Positions 40,756-54,185 of a DNA stretch of 64,000 nt are shown in pieces. Position 1 is the stretch's first letter, and each line of letters opens with the position of its first letter. Made by a program: the position numbers and the translations under genes. This DNA is from Paraspadella gotoi. Taxonomy: Eukaryota > Animalia > Chaetognatha. The stretch covers positions 23,118,350-23,182,349 of the forward strand of contig CM119266.1 in assembly GCA_051294375.1 (NCBI GenBank), given 5' to 3'. Below the pieces are notes generated by a model. That model had not been told where the DNA came from. It was given only the letters and a program-made list of their open reading frames with translations, and did no database searches.

Positions 40756-41249
40756 GTGTTACAGGCGGGTTAAGCGCCCCATCCCTCTAAACTGCTTGGT
40801 GACCACCGGGCTAGAACCCCGGACACACATCCCCCCCTCCCGTAGGGAGAAGTCTGTTGTGTCTCTTCAGTGAATTGTTGTTATTGGTGGAAAATTCGTC
40901 ACCAAGTTGAGGCATGTCGCCTGATGTGCTGCGGGTGGAAAGTGCATCGCCAGGTTGAGGCATGTCAACTGAAAATGTTGTTGTTGCTGTTGTGTTCGGA
41001 AGTCGGGCTGACCAATGAAGAGACAGTAATTATTGATATGTGTTAATGACAGAACCGTTCAATGTAAGCAGTCCTTGCGCTTCGGATCAGGCTGTAACAC
41101 CGTGTTACAGGCGGGTTAAGCACCCCGTCCCTCTAAACTGCTAGGCGACTACCGGGCTAGAACCCCGGACCTTTGGGTTAGGAGGCGAATGACTTGCCTC
41201 CGGCACCAATGGCCGCTGATGAACGGTTGGTGGATTTTAGTCCACCATA
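40756..41249 (-). mobile_element. Truncated copy of the tRNA-LTR TRIM
   Basis: Full LTR 41016-41249 (234 bp), PBS, interior, PPT and a partial second LTR. Confidence 0.9.
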
Positions 41250-41905
41250 ACAATTATATTAAAATTATTTTTTTTTTTATAATTGTGGTATATAATCCTT
41301 TCTTTTGTTTTGATTAAGAAAAAGTTTGATTGGTTTTCAACAATGATTTGTTGTAAATAAATCAAACTTTTTCTTTATTTTTTTCATAAAATTATATTTT
41401 GATTTTGAGATAGTTTTAAAAAAATTGATTGTTTTCAATATTTATTATTAAAAGGCCATATTTGGCAGCAATTAAAAAATATTTTTTAAAAAAAGTAATA
41501 CAAATTTATTGCCAACCCTTTTATATGTTTAATTCCATTATGATTTTGTTAATTCTATATTGTAAACATCAGTCAGAAAAAGAAATATCAGCAATACTAA
41601 TCTTTGGAAATCACTTTTTCCCAATTCCATTTTGAGACTCTGACTTTAAAAAGTCTTGCTATATTTTACTTCCTGAACCAATTCAAATTTTTCTTGCACT
41701 AATCGATAGCTCTTTAAAACAGTTTTACTTTTCATATATATTTTCTCAAAATTAAAAAAAAGAGTGGTGTATTTAAAGCTACCTAGTATCCTTTTTTTTC
41801 CACCTCAGTGAAGCACTCTTTAAACCTTTTTGGGCCTTATCCACAAATCCTAACCCGATTTTTAGATTTAAAGATTTAACTTCTTATTCTTAATTCACTT
41901 AACAG

Positions 41906-42038
41906 AAAATGGATCAAGATTTCAGTTATTTTGTAATTCTATTTTTTCTCGGTTTAACTTGGATCCCATGGGATTCTTTTGCGAAATTGGGACTCGCACA
42001 CAAATGAGAGTCATGCCTATCAAGTTAATCAACTTTGA
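41906..42038 (+). CDS. Exon of CNGK-like channel: extracellular turret
   Basis: aacag/gtacgt, phase 1->2. Open frame NGSRFQLFCNSIFSRFNLDPMGFFCEIGTRTQMRVMPIKLINF. Confidence 0.6.
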
Positions 42039-42117
42039 GTACGTAACTTTAATATTATAGTTAATTAATATTAATTCTTCTAATACTGAATAAGTTCAGT
42101 GTATATTTAATATATAT

Positions 42118-42351
42118 TGAAGAAAGAGTAATTATTGTTATGTGTTAGTGACAAAACCGTTCAATATAAGCAGTTCCTGAGCTTTGGATAAGGCTGTAAC
42201 ACCGTGTTACAGGCGGGTTAAGCGCCTCGTCCCTCTTAACCGCTAGGCGACCACCGGGCTAGAACTCCAGACCTTTGGGTTGGAAGGCGAATGACTTGCT
42301 TCCAGCACCAATGGCCGCTGATGAACGGTTGGTGGAGTTTAGTCCACCATA
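42118..42351 (-). mobile_element. Solo LTR of the TRIM
   Basis: 234 bp with the same termini; TSD ATAT (42114-42117, 42352-42355). Confidence 0.9.
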
Positions 42352-42384
42352 ATATATGCAAAAAAACTTATTTTGGTAACACAG

Positions 42385-42486
42385 ATATGAATCACAGCTA
42401 CATCATGACTTTCATTATATATTGGAGCTTCAAAAACAATGCAATGAAGAGAAAATACATCTTCATTCATTACCATTTCACGATAA
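42385..42486 (+). CDS. Exon of CNGK-like channel: extracellular turret
   Basis: cacag/gtaagc, phase 2->2. YESQLHHDFHYILELQKQCNEEKIHLHSLPFHD. The preceding intron is short once the solo LTR is removed. Confidence 0.65.
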
Positions 42487-43710
42487 GTAAGCTCAATACA
42501 ATATTTATCCGGATCTACTTTCAGCAGATTCCGGCTCTATTATTTACTTAGTCGGTCCGTCGGTCCGCCCCCCTAATCCTGTCGGTAAGTCACTTTTGTC
42601 GAATTAGGATAAATTATGCAAAAAATTGATGTCCGTCTGTCCGTCTCTCTGGGCGTCCGACTGTCGGTACGTCCCCCCTTAGATTTGAACGCCAATTATT
42701 CATGAGTGGATGGATGGATTGAGATGAAATTTAGTGTGTGTGTAGGAAAGTGTGTAATTGAGTTGGACATAAAGTTTCGATAAAATCATCCAAGTTAAAA
42801 TGAAAAAAACAAAAACTTGTTGCACTATTGGATTATTTTTTTTCATATACTATCTAGGAAAAAAGTATATAACATTTTTAATAAATAATAACTATTCAAA
42901 AACTTGTTTGATTTTAAAATAATCAAAATGTTTCCGGATCGACATTAAATTTTTTTTCAGTAGCTTCCTTCCATTTTTTTGTTGGTCAAATCGTTTAGAA
43001 GTTACAGGCCAATAAATATTGTTACTTCAAATAACAAACGGCGAAAAAAATCAAATTTAGTTTTCCTCAATTTTTGGTATTTAGTTATTTATTTTTATTT
43101 CGTATAGAGTTATTTATTTTTAGTCCGGTCCGCCCCTTCAATCTTGTCGGGCATTAACTTATTTCATGTCAGAATATCAAATTATGATAAATTATATAAA
43201 AAAGATGATGTCCATCCATCCGTCTGTCTGTCTGTCCATCCATCCATCCATTAAAATTAAGTTTCGATGGAATCGTTTGAGTGGAAATGAGTTTAAATGA
43301 AAAAAAAACAAAAAAACTGTTTCACTAATTGATTATGCTTCTTTTTCTTTTTATATTAAATGTAAATGCAAAATGTATAATCAAATAATTAATCAGTTAA
43401 TTAATCAATTATTCAATTAATTAATTATTACATAATCAGTCCATTAATCAATTAATTAATCAATTAATCAAACCTTTTGGATTAAGTTAATTATTTAAAT
43501 GATTAATTAATTAATTAACTTGAATTAATTAATTAATAATTAAGAGAGAGCTCGTCTCACTTCTTTTCTACTTCTCTTACATCGTCACAATCCTTCACCT
43601 TTTTCCCTACATTTATTTTCACGTATTTTCGTCTTCTACATTTTTTTTTAATATTAAATAAAGAGAAAAACAAAGTTTTATTAGTTTCAACGAATTTGTT
43701 TTATTCAGGA

Positions 43711-43757
43711 AAACAGACATGTTTCGGCTTTGGTTTTTCAAGCCTTCTTCAGTGTTT
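43711..43757 (-). ncRNA. Minimal type I hammerhead ribozyme
   Basis: AAACA-CTGAAGA-A-GGCTT-loop-AAGCC-GAAA-CATGTC-TGTTT on the minus strand. Confidence 0.88.
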
Positions 43758-44608
43758 GTGAATTAGACAAAATATTGTGCAAAAGAAGAGTGAGAGGAGA
43801 GAGAGAGAGAGAGAGAGAGAAAGTTAAAGTTTCCAACAAAGTGGTGAGACAGAATAGTGGTCAGAGGTGAGGACAGGGTAAGTTGAACACAGATTGAGTG
43901 AGTTTTTTGAAAAGAAATGAAATTTGTTAGAGAGAAAGAGAGAAAGAGAGAGATAGACTTAACAAGGGATAAATATAATAATTAAAAATATACATTGTGC
44001 AATGTACAACAGTGATAAATGTTTAAAAACTGAAAAAGATTGGTGAGAATTTTTAACAATTGCAAAAGAGTGAATAAATAATTCAATATGTGTACTAATT
44101 AGCTAAAGAAATTTGGTGAAATGTGAAGTTGAAAAATGAAAGAAAGTTTAGTTTATATTTTTATTGCTATATAAGAGCCTAAGAAATTGAAATTTAAGGA
44201 GTAAGAAAGAGCTCAAAATGAGCTGGCCCCCCTTGGTTGTGCAAAGGAAGGACTTAGGGGATGGTGACGGGTCATTGGCGCGTCAGTGGCGTGAGAGGAG
44301 AGTGTGAACCGAACTTGTAAGTGTTGGACTGGGGACTGAGAGTTTTTTAAACATTTATCACTGTTGTACATTGCACAATGTATATTTTTAATTATTTATT
44401 TATCCCTGTTAAGTCTATCTCTCTCTTTCTCTCTTTCTCTCTAACAAATTTCATTTCTTTTCAAAAAACTCACTCAATCTGTGTTCAACTTACCCTGTCC
44501 TCACCTCTGACCACTATTCTGTCTCACCACTTTGTTGGAAACTTTAACTTTCTCTCTCTCTCTCTCTCTCTCTCACTCTTCTTTTGCACAATATTTTGTC
44601 TAATTCAC

Positions 44609-44654
44609 AAACACTGAAGAAGGCTTGAAAACCAAAGCCGAAACATGTCTGTTT
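44609..44654 (+). ncRNA. Minimal type I hammerhead ribozyme
   Basis: Stem I AAACA/TGTTT, core CTGAAGA, stem II GGCTT/AAGCC, GAAA, palindromic CATG in stem III, GTC cleavage triplet ending at 44649. Confidence 0.9.
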
Positions 44655-45589
44655 TCCAATAAAAACAAATTCGTTGAAACTAATAAAACTTTGTTTTTCT
44701 CTAAATCATTTACAACGAAAAGAAAGGATTATCATATAATATTAAATAAAAATGCAAGCTGCATTAATTTAACCAATTACTCAATCAATTAAATAATCAA
44801 ACAAGTGATTAATCCAATCAATTAATTTAACAATCAATTAACTTATCAATCAATCAATTAGTGATATTATCGTCGTCGATAATCCTCGGATACTCGCGGA
44901 GCAACTCTATAATTCACTTTTCGGTCGTTCTGCCGGTCGGTCCGTCGGTCTGTCCCACTTATGTTAAAATATATATAATTTGCTTATAGTTGGGTGCTCA
45001 TTTGTTGAAACAGAAAAAACCTCAAATCTAAGTGAATTTCAATGCAGTACGTGTCATAAATACACAGGCTGAGATAGTTATTATAGTTATGTAGTCATGT
45101 CATGTCGCGTCTTGTCATGTCATGAGAAATACACGTGATAAGGCAGTCACTGCGTCGCAACACATTTGAATTACCGTTCTTGTTTTATGGTCAATATCCT
45201 TACAAAAAGACCTAAAAACAAACAAGTTTGAGTTTGAGTTAAATTAATTAATGAATTAATTATTGCTAATGATCGTGGGCAGATCCGGCATTGTTTGCTC
45301 AAACTTATTCAATTTGTCGGTCACACCTTAATTTGGTTGGTCATCTTAGAACATCAAATTATGAAAAAAAAATCTTAAAAGTATAGTGATCTCGCCAGAC
45401 CTTACTATCAAAGAAAATTAATGAAAAAATATTTTAATCTAATTTGCATATTGCAGTTAATAATAATTAAATGGAAATACAAACAAAAAATATTTGAATC
45501 GATATAAAACAAATAAAATGGAAACACATTTAAACTTCCTCACTGCCTTACTAATGGAACTTGATAACTAGATAATTAAAAATGAAAAA

Positions 45590-46180
45590 ATGCTACAAGT
45601 TAAAAAAATTATGCAAGTTGAAAAAATTATACAAGTTGAAAAAATTATGCAAGTTGAAAATAATTATACAAGTTGAAAAAATTATATAAGTTGAAAAAAT
45701 TATGCAAATTAAAAAAAATATACAAGTTAAAAAAATTATGCAAGTTAAAAAAATTATGGAGGTTGAAAAAATTATACAAGTTGAAAAAATTATGCAAGTT
45801 AAAAAAATTATGGAAGTTGAAAAAATTATTCAAGTTGAAAAAATTATGCAAGTTGAAAAAATTATCCAAGTTGAAAAAATTATGCAAGTTGAAAAAAATA
45901 TACAAGTTGAAAAAAATATGCAAGTTTAAAAAATTATGCAAGTTGAAAAAATTTTGCCATGTTAAAAAAAATTATGCAAGTTGAAAAAATTATGGAAGTT
46001 GAAAAAAAATTATGCAAGTTGAAAAAATTATGCAAGTTGAAAAAATTATGCAAGTTGAAAAAATTATGCAAGTTGAAAAATTTACAAGTTGAAAAAAATT
46101 ATGCAAGTTGAAAAAATTATGCAAGTTGAAAAAATTATGCAAGTTGAAAAAATTATGTAAGTTAAAAAAATTATGCAAGT
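45590..46180. repeat. 18-bp tandem array AAGTTGAAAAAATTATGC
   Basis: About 30 units. The same motif occurs in the HINE copies and explains the 'LKKLCK' pseudo-ORFs. Confidence 0.95.
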
Positions 46181-47174
46181 TTAAATTTAAAACAAGTTTG
46201 AGCAAACAATGTCGGATCTGCCTACAATAATTAAACGGTAATCTGCTAATCAGATGATAAATCAAAATATTTTTTAAATTTTTTTAACTCGCATCATTTT
46301 TTTTAACTTGCATCATTTTTTCAACTTTCTTAATTTTTTAACTTGCATAATTTCTTCAACTTGCATAATTTTTTCAACTTGCATAATTTAATAAATAATA
46401 AAAATAAAAAATATAAAACCCCCTGTCGACCTAATCGACAGTTGGAGCTTCTCTCCCGGCAACCTCGGTCTTCCTCCCGTCTCCGCGCTCCAACTGTCAA
46501 TTGTACACTTATTATATAAAGTATTTTATGTATTTTGGTATTTTTTGAATTTTTGTAATTTTGGTATTTTTCATTTTGAAAACATTTTTGCATGTTTAAA
46601 CCGGTACAGAGACCTGGTTGTTAATATTATTATATTTCAATAGCATTACTATATTATTTATCAACATTCTGTTCAATCACTTAAGATAGACGACAACAAT
46701 TATTTTGTTCTAATATTTAAGACCATATATTATAACAGGGGGCATGGAGCGCTCGAGTGAATCAAATCTATTACAGAAATAATTCCTCCACTTATGGGAT
46801 TTGAACCATCGAACTCAAGCTCTGGACAACCTGAGTTACAACTCAGAGCCATCCAGATGGCCCTGATTCCTCAGAGAATCTAAACCTATTTTAAAACTTT
46901 AAAAACAAATGGCGCCAAGACATCTTTTGGTGAACAGAGCAAACTGTTTTAAAGAAAAACAAAAGATTTCTAAATCGAGATTTAAAGCTTTAAATGAAAA
47001 CAAAATTGCTGAGAAATCAGGGCCGTCTGAGTGGCCCAGAGCTGTAGCTCGAGTCACTCAGAACTTGAGTTTGACGGTTCAAATCCAAACAATGGATGAA
47101 TTATTTCTATAAAAGATCTGATTCGCTCAAGTGGCCGCATGCCCCCCGTTGTAATATATGGTTAAATATATTTA

Positions 47175-47930
47175 AGCAAAGTTCGAAAATAAGTTCTTCA
47201 ACAATTTTATTTTTGTACGGACCTGTTTCAACTCTTTTTCGAGCCTTCATCAGCGTTAATAAACATTTACAAATTTGTGCAAAAGAAGGGAAAGAGAGAG
47301 AGAGAGAGAGAAAGAAAGAGAGAAAGGGCAAAAAGTTTCCAACACAGAGATAGTGGTTTAAAGAATGAGTACAGTTTAAGTTGAGGACAGATCAGTTGTG
47401 AAGAGAAGTGAAATGGTCAATTGGTGAAAGAGAGAGAGACAGAGAGAGAGAGAGAAGGAGAGAGGGAGAGAGAGAGAAACAGAGAGAGACAAAATAATAC
47501 ATTGTGCAATGTACAACCAGGAATAAGTTTAAACTAATAGTGAATTTAACAATTAATCTAATAATATATGTGTTTTATTCGTTTACAACAATTAGTTGAA
47601 ACAGTACATTCAAAAGGGCATACAGCATTACAGATAAACGCATAAATTGTACAGTTTACAATTCAAGAAAATATAAATATTTAAATTAACAGAACGAAAA
47701 AAGAAAAAAAAATCAACAATAAGCTGACAAGATTTTTAGAATATTGTTTCTAGAGGAAAAAAGCTTGGATTCAAAGTTTTTTTTTTTTAAATAGATAGTA
47801 ATGAAAGGAAAGAAAGTTTTTAAATGTGAAATGATACATTTTTTTTGTGAGGGATAGATAAGTGACTGTTAAAGTGAAAAATTAAGAATTATGATAGAGC
47901 TCAAAATGAGCAGGCCCCCCTTGTAGCCAG
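47175..47930 (-). mobile_element. Penelope-like remnant (duplicated at ~54145-54907)
   Basis: Hammerhead at its 3' end and similarity to 43760-44235; ends at (ATT)n. Confidence 0.72.
47217..47256 (-). ncRNA. Minimal hammerhead ribozyme
   Basis: ACG-CTGATGA-A-GGCTC-loop-GAGTT-GAAA-CAGGTC-CGT. Confidence 0.75.
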
Positions 47931-47932
47931 GA

Positions 47933-47964
<32 letters not shown>

Positions 47965-47982
47965 GATTAATTGTTAAATTCA

Positions 47983-49978
47983 CGGTGTCGGGAAAAGGAT
48001 ATGGGTTTTTGATGAGGGGTGTCGCCGTCGGCTGGAGGCGTGCAACTTTGGACCTAGATTCGAAAGTTGACGCCGTCCACTGTTGTTGTAAGGCGGCCAG
48101 TTGTTCGACTTGAACAGTCGTCGAGGACGATGCATCCATGGGAATGCTTTAATGCCTTCCCCCCCCCCAAGACCATTGTCCGCCGCTGTACGCAGCCGAT
48201 TGTCTTCTTTTATCCGTTCGTTCTTATCGCCTAGGAAGAAGTTCATCCGGCAATTTCCAAAAACCATCTTGTCGTCGATTTTTCCTTTGCTAGGCGATGG
48301 AGTGATCATTTTTGAGTTCGGTTGCCTGTGAAAGCTGATCTTTATGATGCTTTTTCCCCCATTGTTATCAATCAGTATGTCTCCACCAAGCTGAGTTTTG
48401 GGATTGTGTTCCCCTGTCTTAATGTAGTGAATTGACAGCGGGGTATAACCGAATTACCACTTATTTCCACTCAAGGCTCAAAACTTCTTGAAAGATCGTT
48501 GAAGTGAGGTGTTGGGAGAATTGGGATGGGCCAGCCTGGGCCATCTTTGAGAGAAGTGGCGCCGTACTTTGCCCTCTGGGCAATTCAAGAACAGTCCTGG
48601 CCCACTTGAAACATCTTTAGAAACGCATGTTATTCCAAACGATTTCTTGTCGCGTTCCCATCGCCTGGGTGCCCTCAATCCACTGATAACGTTTAATATT
48701 TTTCCTTCGCCATGAACGCGGTACAATGACGGGCAGGTTCATTCGCGTTTGAAGTCTGCCGTGCTTCTTCCGCTGTTTCTCTGGTAATGGTTGAGAACAT
48801 TCTTGAGCCATGGACTCAAATTTTGGTTTCGAAACATAGTTAAGAGATGCAATTTACGCCTGAGTTGTGGCTCGAGTCAGATTTAGTTTTTATTGATTTT
48901 TCTTCGAGTTTTCCGATTTTTGAATTCGCGTTTTCATCGAGTCGTACTTCATTGCCGATGTTAAATCTCTTCTTTCGCGTTTGTCGATCGTCGTCACTTT
49001 GAGGCCCAATCACATGGGATTAATTGACGCTTGTCCTGTAGCTCTGCCACTGGCGCCGTCTGCTGCTGTGACAGATGGAATCTGTCGCTGTTAGTATGCT
49101 ATCCGTGCTGCTGCGCTGTGAGGCCTGCTGACGAGGCCAATCAATTTTGTCGCGCATTAGTCTCATTATCGACGTCGACAACGATTCTGGTGTTGATACG
49201 TGTATTTGACGGTTGTTGGCTCCGAATTTCATGTGAGTTGACCGCTAGGGGAGGGTATCTCGGCCCACAATGTTGGACCTTACTCTTATAACGCACATCT
49301 GTTCCTTAAACTCAGCGATCACTGAGAGTTGATTGAGGTACTGAAACGAACGGTCTGAACTCTGTTTCTTCGAATCGCCCGTCACCAGGACTTTGGTTAT
49401 CCCGTATACAAGGTAAATGATCTACCTTCGCCCAGTGCCTGATGGAGACAGCTTTGAGGCGTCAAAAGTTTCTTATGGAACGGAGGCCATAAGCGTGTGT
49501 GGCCAGAGAGGCTCCCATCCTTTTGGGCTCTTGCTTCCAGTACTGCTCCAACGGCAAAATCTGAGGACATCCGTTGTGATTGCAAAAGTTGTGCTCCGGT
49601 TTCTAGGTGATTAAGTCATGCCGCTATGTGTCTGAACGCTTGTTTAAGTCGATTTTGTCCAGTCCAGGTTTTTCTGGCTGCCCTGATGGCCTCGTACAAG
49701 GGAGCGCATCTGTGAGCGACTCTGGATTTAGCTGTAGTTGTAGAAAGACAAACTGAGTTATTAAAGAATAAAGATAGAAAACCAAAAAAAGAGATAACAA
49801 AAAAGCAAATAAAGAAAAACGAAAAAAAAATAAAAAGAATAAAAAAAAACACGAAAAATAAAAGATCAAAATTTATCATCCCAGAAATCTCTGCAGTTTC
49901 CTTTATCGTCGTGGGTCGAGCCATTTCCTGTAGCATTTGAACGCGTTTCTGGAAGCGGCCTCACTCCGATTCTTATCG
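47983..49978 (-). pseudogene. Gypsy pol fragment (RT connection, RNase H, integrase), frameshifted
   Basis: GVRPLPE.., LQEMARPTTIKE, GRSFTLYT peptides. Confidence 0.85.
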
Positions 49979-51769
49979 CCCGCTCCTTCTCTTTCTTCTC
50001 CTCTCTCTTCCTCCTCCTCACTGACCCAGCCCCAAGTCCCCACCCTGTCCCCCACCCACCATCCCCTTTACATGTTTTTTGTTCCCTCCTTCCTCTTCCT
50101 AGCAGCTTCCACGCAAGACGGGTCCCGAACGAAGAAGAAAAGAGAGCAAAAAGAACACAACAACAATGAAAAGATGGGAATGAGCCAACGAATGACCAAA
50201 CAAACAAGCCGCAAGTAGGATACCCAATAGTAATCGACCAGCCTGCCAGTCTCCTCAAAGAGATGCTGAAGAGACAAAAGAAGTTCAACGACAACACAAC
50301 ATTGAGAAAATAATAAAACCCCCTGTCGACCTAATCACGACAAGTGGGAGGCTTCTTCTCCCGGCATCCTCGGTCTTCCTCCCGTCTCCAGTGCTCCAAC
50401 TGTCAATGTGTACACTTATTATATAAAGTATTTTATGTATTTTGTATTTTTGGTTTTTTTGAATTTTTGTATTTGGTATTGTTTTCATTTTGGAAAACGT
50501 TTTTGCATGTATTAGAACCGGTAGCAGAGACCTAGAGTTGGTGAATTATTATTTGTATTTAGTATGGCATTATATTTATATTTATCAAAGTTCTGTTCAA
50601 TCACTCGAGATTAGACAGTAAACAGACAATATATTTTGTTCTAATATTTAAGGACCATAATAGTACAGGCCATGGAGCCGTCTGTAGTGAATCCCAAATC
50701 TATTACCAGAAATTAATTTCTACCTTCCACTTATTGGGATTCGACCATCGAACTCAAGCTCTGGAGCCTGAGTACAACTCAGAGCGCCATCCAGACGCCT
50801 GATTTTCCTCAAGAGAATCTAAACCTATGTTAAAACGAGTTAAAAAGGCGGCCAAATGGCGCCCAAGACATTCTTTGGTGCGATGTCATATCGCAGTTTT
50901 CAAGCTTGTTCTTAAGAGAAAAACAAAAGATTTCTCTAAATCAGAGATTTAAGCTTTAAATGAAAACCAATAATCTGAGAAATCAGGGCCATCTGAGTGG
51001 CCCAGAGCGTTGTAGCTCATCCTCAGAACTTGATTTGATAGGGTTTCGAAATCCAACCATGGAGAATTTTCTATAAAAGATCTGATTCGCTCAAGTGGCC
51101 ACCGGTGCCCCCTGTTGTTAAGTATGGTTAAATATATTAAACAAAAATGTGTCGTCCATCTTTTGTGGACTGAAGTATGTTGATAATAAGATATATCGAA
51201 TATATAGTAAATATCATAGTAAGAACCGGTATTTTAAAATGTTGCAACAGGAAAAAATAATTTGAAACTAGATCTAAAATTGAAAAATTTTAAAAATAAT
51301 AACAAAAATGAAAATACAAACACATGGGTAACATGTAATATGACAGTCTGGAGCGAAGAGACGGGAGTGAAAGACACGGGATGCTGGGACGAGCTCCTCC
51401 GATAGTCGATTAGGTCGAAGGGGGTTTTATTTTTTTATCTATCGCTTTTTTGTCGTCATTCTGTATTTTGACGTCCGAGCATCTCATTTTTTTTTTCTTG
51501 AGCTAGACAGATAAGTGGTCGATTAGTGATTGGCATTCCTGCTCGAAAAGTCATCTGGCCATTGGTTTTGAGTTATCTTTTGATCGTCTTGTTCGTTTTT
51601 CCTTTTTCTTTGTTGTTGTTGTGTTGTTCTCTCTTCGCTTCTGGGGATTGATCGTCTTCAGCGTGGAGGCTGAGGATAGAGGGAGGGAGGAAAGTAAGGT
51701 GGGAGTGGTGGGGAAGGTGGGGTTGAGTGAGAGGGGGAAGTGAGGAGGAGGGGAGGAACCAGTTCGGGC

Positions 51770-53392
51770 GACGCCTGCGGGTTGAATATTTGACCAAGTT
51801 GTCGCGAATTGTTTCTGCCGCGTCCTCGTTCGTAGGCCGGGCTGGCGCCTGCTGGCGTCGCTTGAGGATTGTCCGATCAACTCTCAACGTCTCGTCGAAA
51901 ACCCACCGCTGGTTTGCGACGGGCGATGGTTTTTAGACGTTCACGGCCTTATTGGTTTTGATTGTGACGTTATAAGGCCATTGCGATCACTACACGGGTA
52001 AGGTCGCTTCATATGGTGCTGTAGTGGAGGGTGAGACGCGTGCTCCCTGACGAAAAAGTGTTGATGAGGTCGGATGGTCGGGAAGTGGATAACGGTGGTT
52101 TTTGTGAGGATCGTGGGCTGACTTTGACAATCGGCAAAAGTTGACGCGCAGTCCACTGTTGGTTGTAAGGCTGGTTGGCGGTTGAAAGTCGTCGACGATG
52201 CATCCGGGGAGCTGATGCGTCCCCAAGACCAATGTCCGACCTGCGGACGCGCCGATTCTTCTTTTATCGTTGTTTCTATCGCTAGAAAGTCTCCGGCAAT
52301 TTCCAAACCATTAGATCTCGAATTTTCTTTCGCATAAGGCGAATGAGGATTCTTTGAGTTGCTGTGAAATTCTGCTGCTATATGCTTATCCCCTTGTTTC
52401 ATCAGTCTGTTCTCCACAAAGCTGGTTGATTGTGTTCCCTGTCATGTAGTGATTAAGACGGGTGACGGGATCCGAATACACTTATCCACTCAAGGCTCAA
52501 AGCGTCTAAGATCGCTTTGAAGTGAGGGTGTTGGGAATTGGCATGGGCACCGTCCATCTGAGGAAACATGGTGGCGGTTCTTTTGCCCTCTGGCATCTAG
52601 AAGTCCTGGCCCACTTTGAAACAGTCTTGACGCATGTTATGCCAACGATTTGCAGGAGATGGCTTTTCTTGTCAGCTGTCCACGCACTGGGTGCACTATC
52701 CATGTATCAACGCTTTATATTTTTCTTCCGCCATGACGCCGGTACGAATGCGGGCAGGTTCGTTTTGAAGGTCTGACCTTTGCTCTCTTCCGCGATCTTG
52801 GTAATCTGGGTCAGAACTTGTTCTTGAGCCATTTGCTCAAAATGGTTTTGAAACTACGTTTCCATGTTTTTCGATTTCTTTCGTTTCAGATTTTTGTCGT
52901 ATATAGTATTCTTGATATTGCGGCTGTACTTGCATTGGGCGCTGCTTTGCTGACGGGGAATCTGTCGCCGTTGAGGTGTTGCTATCGGCTCTGCTGGCGC
53001 TGCTGCAGGTGCTGACAAAAGGCATCAATATTTGTCGCTTCGGTCGATTATCGACGTCGTCGGATCTGGTTTTGATGACGTTATTGCGGTTTGTTGGCTC
53101 CGAATTTTCATGTTGAGTGTTGACCGCGAGAGGGCGTGCGGCACATGTTGGCCTCTCTTTAATAACGCACATTCTTGTCTTAATCAGCGATCACTGAGAG
53201 CTGTATGCTGACGACCGGTACTCTGAGACTTCTGCTTTTCTTTCGATCGCCGTCACCAGGCTCGTGGTTGGATCGTAATACAAGTAAATTTTGATTTTCT
53301 ACCTTGGACCCAGTGCCCTTTGAATGGGGACAGGTAGGTGTTGGTTTTTTGGCCAGAGGCTTCCATCTTTTGGGCCTCTTCTGCTTCCAACG
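51770..53392 (-). pseudogene. Gypsy pol fragment (RNase H, integrase, GPY/F)
   Basis: Collinear with 58485-60164. Confidence 0.82.
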
Positions 53393-54185
53393 GCACTAAT
53401 CGACAGTGGGAGCTTCTTCTCCCGGCATCCTCGGTCTTCTTCCCGTCTCCGTGCTCCAACTGTCAATTGTACACTTATTATATAAAGTATTTTATGTATT
53501 TTGATATTTTTGGTATTTTTTGAATTTTTGTAATTTTGGTATTCTTCATTTTGAAAACGTTTTTGCATGTTTAAACCGGTACAGAGACCTGGTTGTGAAT
53601 ATTATTGTATTTTAGTAGCATTTTTATATTATTTATCAACATTCTGTTCAATCACTTTAAGATAGACGACAACATTATTTTGTTCTAATATTTAAGACCA
53701 TATATTATAACAGGGGGGCATGAGCCGCTCGAGTGAATCAAATCTATTACAGAAATAATTCCTCCACTTATGGATTTGAACCATCGAACTCAAGCTCTGG
53801 ACAACCTGAGTTACACTCAGAGCCATCCAGATGGCCCTGATTCCTCAGAGAATCTAAACCTATTTAAAACTTTAAAAACAAATGGCGCCAAGACATCTTT
53901 TGGTGAACAGAGCAACTGTTTTAAGAAAACAAAAGATTTCTAAATCGAGATTTAAAGCTTTAAATGAAAACAAAATTGCTGAGAAATCAGGGCCGTCTGA
54001 GTGGCCCAGAGCTGTAGCTCGAGTCACTCAGAACTTGAGTTTGACGGTTCAAATCCAACCAATGGATGAATTATTTCTATAAAAGATCTGATTCGCTCAA
54101 GTGGCCGCATGCCCCCCGTTGTAATATATGGTTAAATATATTTAAGCAAAGTTCGAAAATAAGTTCTTCAACAATTTATTTTTGT

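Larger units (their letters stand above)
43662..44702 (-). mobile_element. Penelope-like element with inverted pseudo-LTRs
   Basis: Near-perfect inverted arms 43662-44030 and 44342-44702, each with a hammerhead, around a ~310-bp spacer. Confidence 0.85.

Noticed and set aside
45645-46265. LKKLCK / NLHNFF repeat proteins
   Set aside because: Translations of an 18-bp minisatellite.
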